NCBI GenBank assembly: GCA_024672315.1
Contig: GCA_024672315.1_4714.1
Length of the DNA stretch: 64,000 nucleotides
Source: a phage
Strand: one strand, 5' to 3'
Below are positions 61,509 through 64,000 of this stretch, piece after piece. The notes beneath the pieces are model-generated. The model was not told the origin of the DNA. It saw only the letters and a program-made list of their open reading frames with translations, and searched no databases. Made by a program: the position numbers and the translations under genes. The stretch's first letter is position 1. Every line of letters starts with the position of its first letter.

Positions 61509-62789
61509 TCAGAAACGATTTACAGTACGTCCTGTCCACGCGCTCAGGATGTTGTTACGTTCCATCTCAGCACGACGACGTAAACCGTTTGGCGACTGCG
61601 GTGCTTGCGGCATCCCCCATCCAGCAGGTTGCATGCCCATGCCCGGCCAAGCAGCGTTATTGAACATCGTACCGTTACGTTCAGCAACACGGTTCATCAA
61701 CGCATCAAACGTGCTATTACCTGCCGGTTGGTTACCACCACTTTCCCACTGATTAGGTTGGACAGGTGCGGTTTTACCTAACAGGTTATCGATCACACTG
61801 CCTGTTGAAGCAGGACGCGGTTGCATACCTTCATGTGCAGCTGCTGATGGATTCGGCTTAACCGTCGGCTGTGGACGACTGTTCAGCGTTACACCCATGT
61901 TGTATTTCGCTGGCGGAATTTGACCACGATGTTGATTAATCGGTTCAAAATCCTCGACCCAGGTAACATCACAATAACCGTTCTCTTTACCGTCGTACTT
62001 ATCACCAAACAGTTTGATGAGATGGTTCAGCGGTTCCATCAGCTTAGCGAAGCTGTGGATAAGACAATCGAAATACGGGGCATGAGGGTCGCTTGACCCA
62101 GCGTTGTACGTTTCACTTACCTCACCCGCGTGCGGGATAACGTACTCAACCAGGTTTCTCAGCATGTTAAGATCTTTCTTGGAAATCTCAACACCGCACC
62201 AGTACGTTTTCTTATCTTTCGTGCTGATATGTTCTTCTTCCATGAACGGGAAAGTAACGACCGCAACACGGGTCATCTTCTTACCCATGTAGGTTGCACC
62301 AGTACGACGAAGATAGATTTTGGACAGCGTATACGGCGTGTCACGTTTCAGCCAAACGGTGACCAGTTTGCCCAGGGTCGTTAATGTTTTATCGCTGGCG
62401 TCCGCAAGGATGTTGAAGAACTCTTTTTGCTTCGGTCCGAAACGTTTTGCTTCTTTAGGATTGATTGCGGTTTCAACCATCCAAATCAGCATGGAGCATA
62501 GCGTGGCGTTAAAACGAACAACCATCGCACGACGCAGGAACTGAAGTACTTCCGATTCGCCGTTCATCACGTCTTCACTTAGCGGATGGAACAGCACGCG
62601 TTCAGCCAGCTGATTTCCGGTACGAACTTCGGAAACCGGCATCAGCAACGGCATGCTTTCCACGGTAGCGGCAACCGCAACAACTTTACCATCCCCATCC
62701 GTAAAACGATATTCTAATTCGTGGGCGTCATTCTCAAAATAGTTAACGCTCTGTAGTGCTTTGCGATAAGCTTCGATAAGCTTCGACAT
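61509..62789 (-). CDS. hypothetical protein (426 aa) with Gly/Pro/Gln/Met-rich low-complexity C-terminal region
   Basis: ORF with AAGGAAAT RBS; C-terminus GMQPRPASTG...AAWPGMGMQPAGWGMPQAPQSP. Confidence 0.55.
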   Translation of the reverse strand: MSKLIEAYRKALQSVNYFENDAHELEYRFTDGDGKVVAVAATVESMPLLMPVSEVRTGNQLAERVLFHPLSEDVMNGESEVLQFLRRAMVVRFNATLCSMLIWMVETAINPKEAKRFGPKQKEFFNILADASDKTLTTLGKLVTVWLKRDTPYTLSKIYLRRTGATYMGKKMTRVAVVTFPFMEEEHISTKDKKTYWCGVEISKKDLNMLRNLVEYVIPHAGEVSETYNAGSSDPHAPYFDCLIHSFAKLMEPLNHLIKLFGDKYDGKENGYCDVTWVEDFEPINQHRGQIPPAKYNMGVTLNSRPQPTVKPNPSAAAHEGMQPRPASTGSVIDNLLGKTAPVQPNQWESGGNQPAGNSTFDALMNRVAERNGTMFNNAAWPGMGMQPAGWGMPQAPQSPNGLRRRAEMERNNILSAWTGRTVNRF

Positions 62790-62816
62790 ATTGTATTTCC
62801 TTTTCTTTACGTCAAC

Positions 62817-62838
62817 GGTCCCCCTACAACAGGGGACC
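62817..62838 (-). terminator. hairpin
   Basis: ggtcccc(c)t-acaac-aggggacc between stop at 62845 and start at 62789. Confidence 0.45.
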
Positions 62839-62844
62839 TATGGA

Positions 62845-63996
62845 TTAGAAGTTGCCTTTGGTAGTTACCGCATCCACCAGGTTAAACAAATCAACGCTCA
62901 GCTTATACACCTCCTGCTGACTACGGTTGAGCAGCGGGCTGTATGCAGATGGGTTGATGTTCGGCATGGTGTACGGAATCGGTGCAGAACCGTCAACGCT
63001 GATCTTGAACTGGCTATCCAGGAACAGGTTAATCGCGCCGCTCACCATAACCGCGTTCGGGTTGTTGCCCAACATGGAGGGTAGGATATTGGTAATCATG
63101 TCAGAACGCATTTGTTCAGCAGCACGGTTACAATCGTATCCTTTAATGAACGGTACAGCGTCGGTAACCGCAACAGCCCACTGACCAGGCATGATACCGA
63201 GTTCTGGGTGACCGTGGTTGTCAGCAATGAAACGGAACGACTCCAACATGCGATAGGTCATCGCAGCAGGCATCATTGCAGCAAGCGATGAACAATACAG
63301 CGTTGGATAATCGATCACGTCCCAGCTCTGGCTATCGGTCGGCATCCAACCAAACTCGGTGGTTGCTGACGTACCGCGACGAGCTTCCACATACGGGAAT
63401 AACGTTAAGACATCACGGATATGTTCACCGAACATCCGTTTCATGTCTGCCCAACTCAGGCTACCGCTGAAAGCGAATCCTTCATCACGCATAATCGCAC
63501 CGAATACCGGATGCGCAACCAACGGTTCTTCACGAACAGCTTGAGCGGCTTCCACGTAAATATCCTCGTTCTCCGCGCTACCTGGATGAGACCCGCTTTC
63601 GTACGTCTGACGAATAGCCCCAACATTATCGAAGGCTTTTCTTAGATAGATGGTTGGGATGTTCGTATCAGCACTAGCGGGTTTGATTTTCTCTGTTGCG
63701 AAACACATTGCTGCTTCCACACCACGGAAAACCGGTTCCGGCTGTGGTGGATAGGATGTACGATGAACCACGTCAGCGTAGGCGGGATCGAACTGCTGCA
63801 TCACGTTCTGCATCGCTGGGTCCATGAACTGGTTATCAAAACCGCCATTGCCTACCCAACGTGCTGTTGATGCATAAGTCAGCGTATCCTGAACACGAGT
63901 ACTGAACTGAACATCGCGATTAACAGGGTCGTATGCACCAGTCAGCAGGTTCGTTGCATCCATCGGGGTTGCACGAACGATTTGCTTACCGAACAT
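62845..63996 (-). CDS. hypothetical protein (at least 383 aa; start may lie beyond window end)
   Basis: ORF with ATG at 63994-63996; upstream codon in frame is not a stop, so N-terminus may extend past position 64000. Confidence 0.45.
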   Translation of the reverse strand: MFGKQIVRATPMDATNLLTGAYDPVNRDVQFSTRVQDTLTYASTARWVGNGGFDNQFMDPAMQNVMQQFDPAYADVVHRTSYPPQPEPVFRGVEAAMCFATEKIKPASADTNIPTIYLRKAFDNVGAIRQTYESGSHPGSAENEDIYVEAAQAVREEPLVAHPVFGAIMRDEGFAFSGSLSWADMKRMFGEHIRDVLTLFPYVEARRGTSATTEFGWMPTDSQSWDVIDYPTLYCSSLAAMMPAAMTYRMLESFRFIADNHGHPELGIMPGQWAVAVTDAVPFIKGYDCNRAAEQMRSDMITNILPSMLGNNPNAVMVSGAINLFLDSQFKISVDGSAPIPYTMPNINPSAYSPLLNRSQQEVYKLSVDLFNLVDAVTTKGNF

Positions 63997-64000
63997 ATCC

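Overview
This window reads as a densely packed tailed-phage genome segment, almost entirely coding, with about 85 genes, no rRNA/tRNA and no CRISPR array. One long leftward (minus-strand) block runs from ~46.97 kb to 0.29 kb; a short rightward module (SNF2-type helicase plus one tail fiber, 47.18-50.8 kb) sits between it and a second leftward block (50.9-64 kb). Recognisable products from motifs read directly in the translations: NAD-dependent DNA ligase, a ThyA-like thymidylate synthase with two insertions, a DEDDh 3'-5' exonuclease, HD phosphohydrolase, metallophosphoesterase, SAM methyltransferase, a signal-peptide SleB/CwlJ-type endolysin with small membrane proteins, and a tail-fiber cluster (P2 gpH-like fiber with ~45-aa tandem repeats, two very large fiber/spike proteins, and four paralogs sharing an N-terminal domain). 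The most striking content is (i) a multisubunit RNA polymerase beta'-like fragment and a probable beta-like fragment, the hallmark of phiKZ-like jumbo phages; (ii) a DExH-box SF2 helicase interrupted in its P-loop by a LAGLIDADG intein that begins with Ala; (iii) a tandem array of six paralogous Myb/SANT-like HTH repeat proteins; (iv) a 25-bp element with a TATATTAC core present twice upstream of leftward gene blocks; and (v) more than 20 GC-rich intergenic hairpins, many followed by a conserved TTTATGCYG-type motif. All functional calls are from motif reading, not database searches; most small ORFs are hypothetical with uncertain starts (the ORF track uses GTG/TTG starts, several of which fall inside hairpins).
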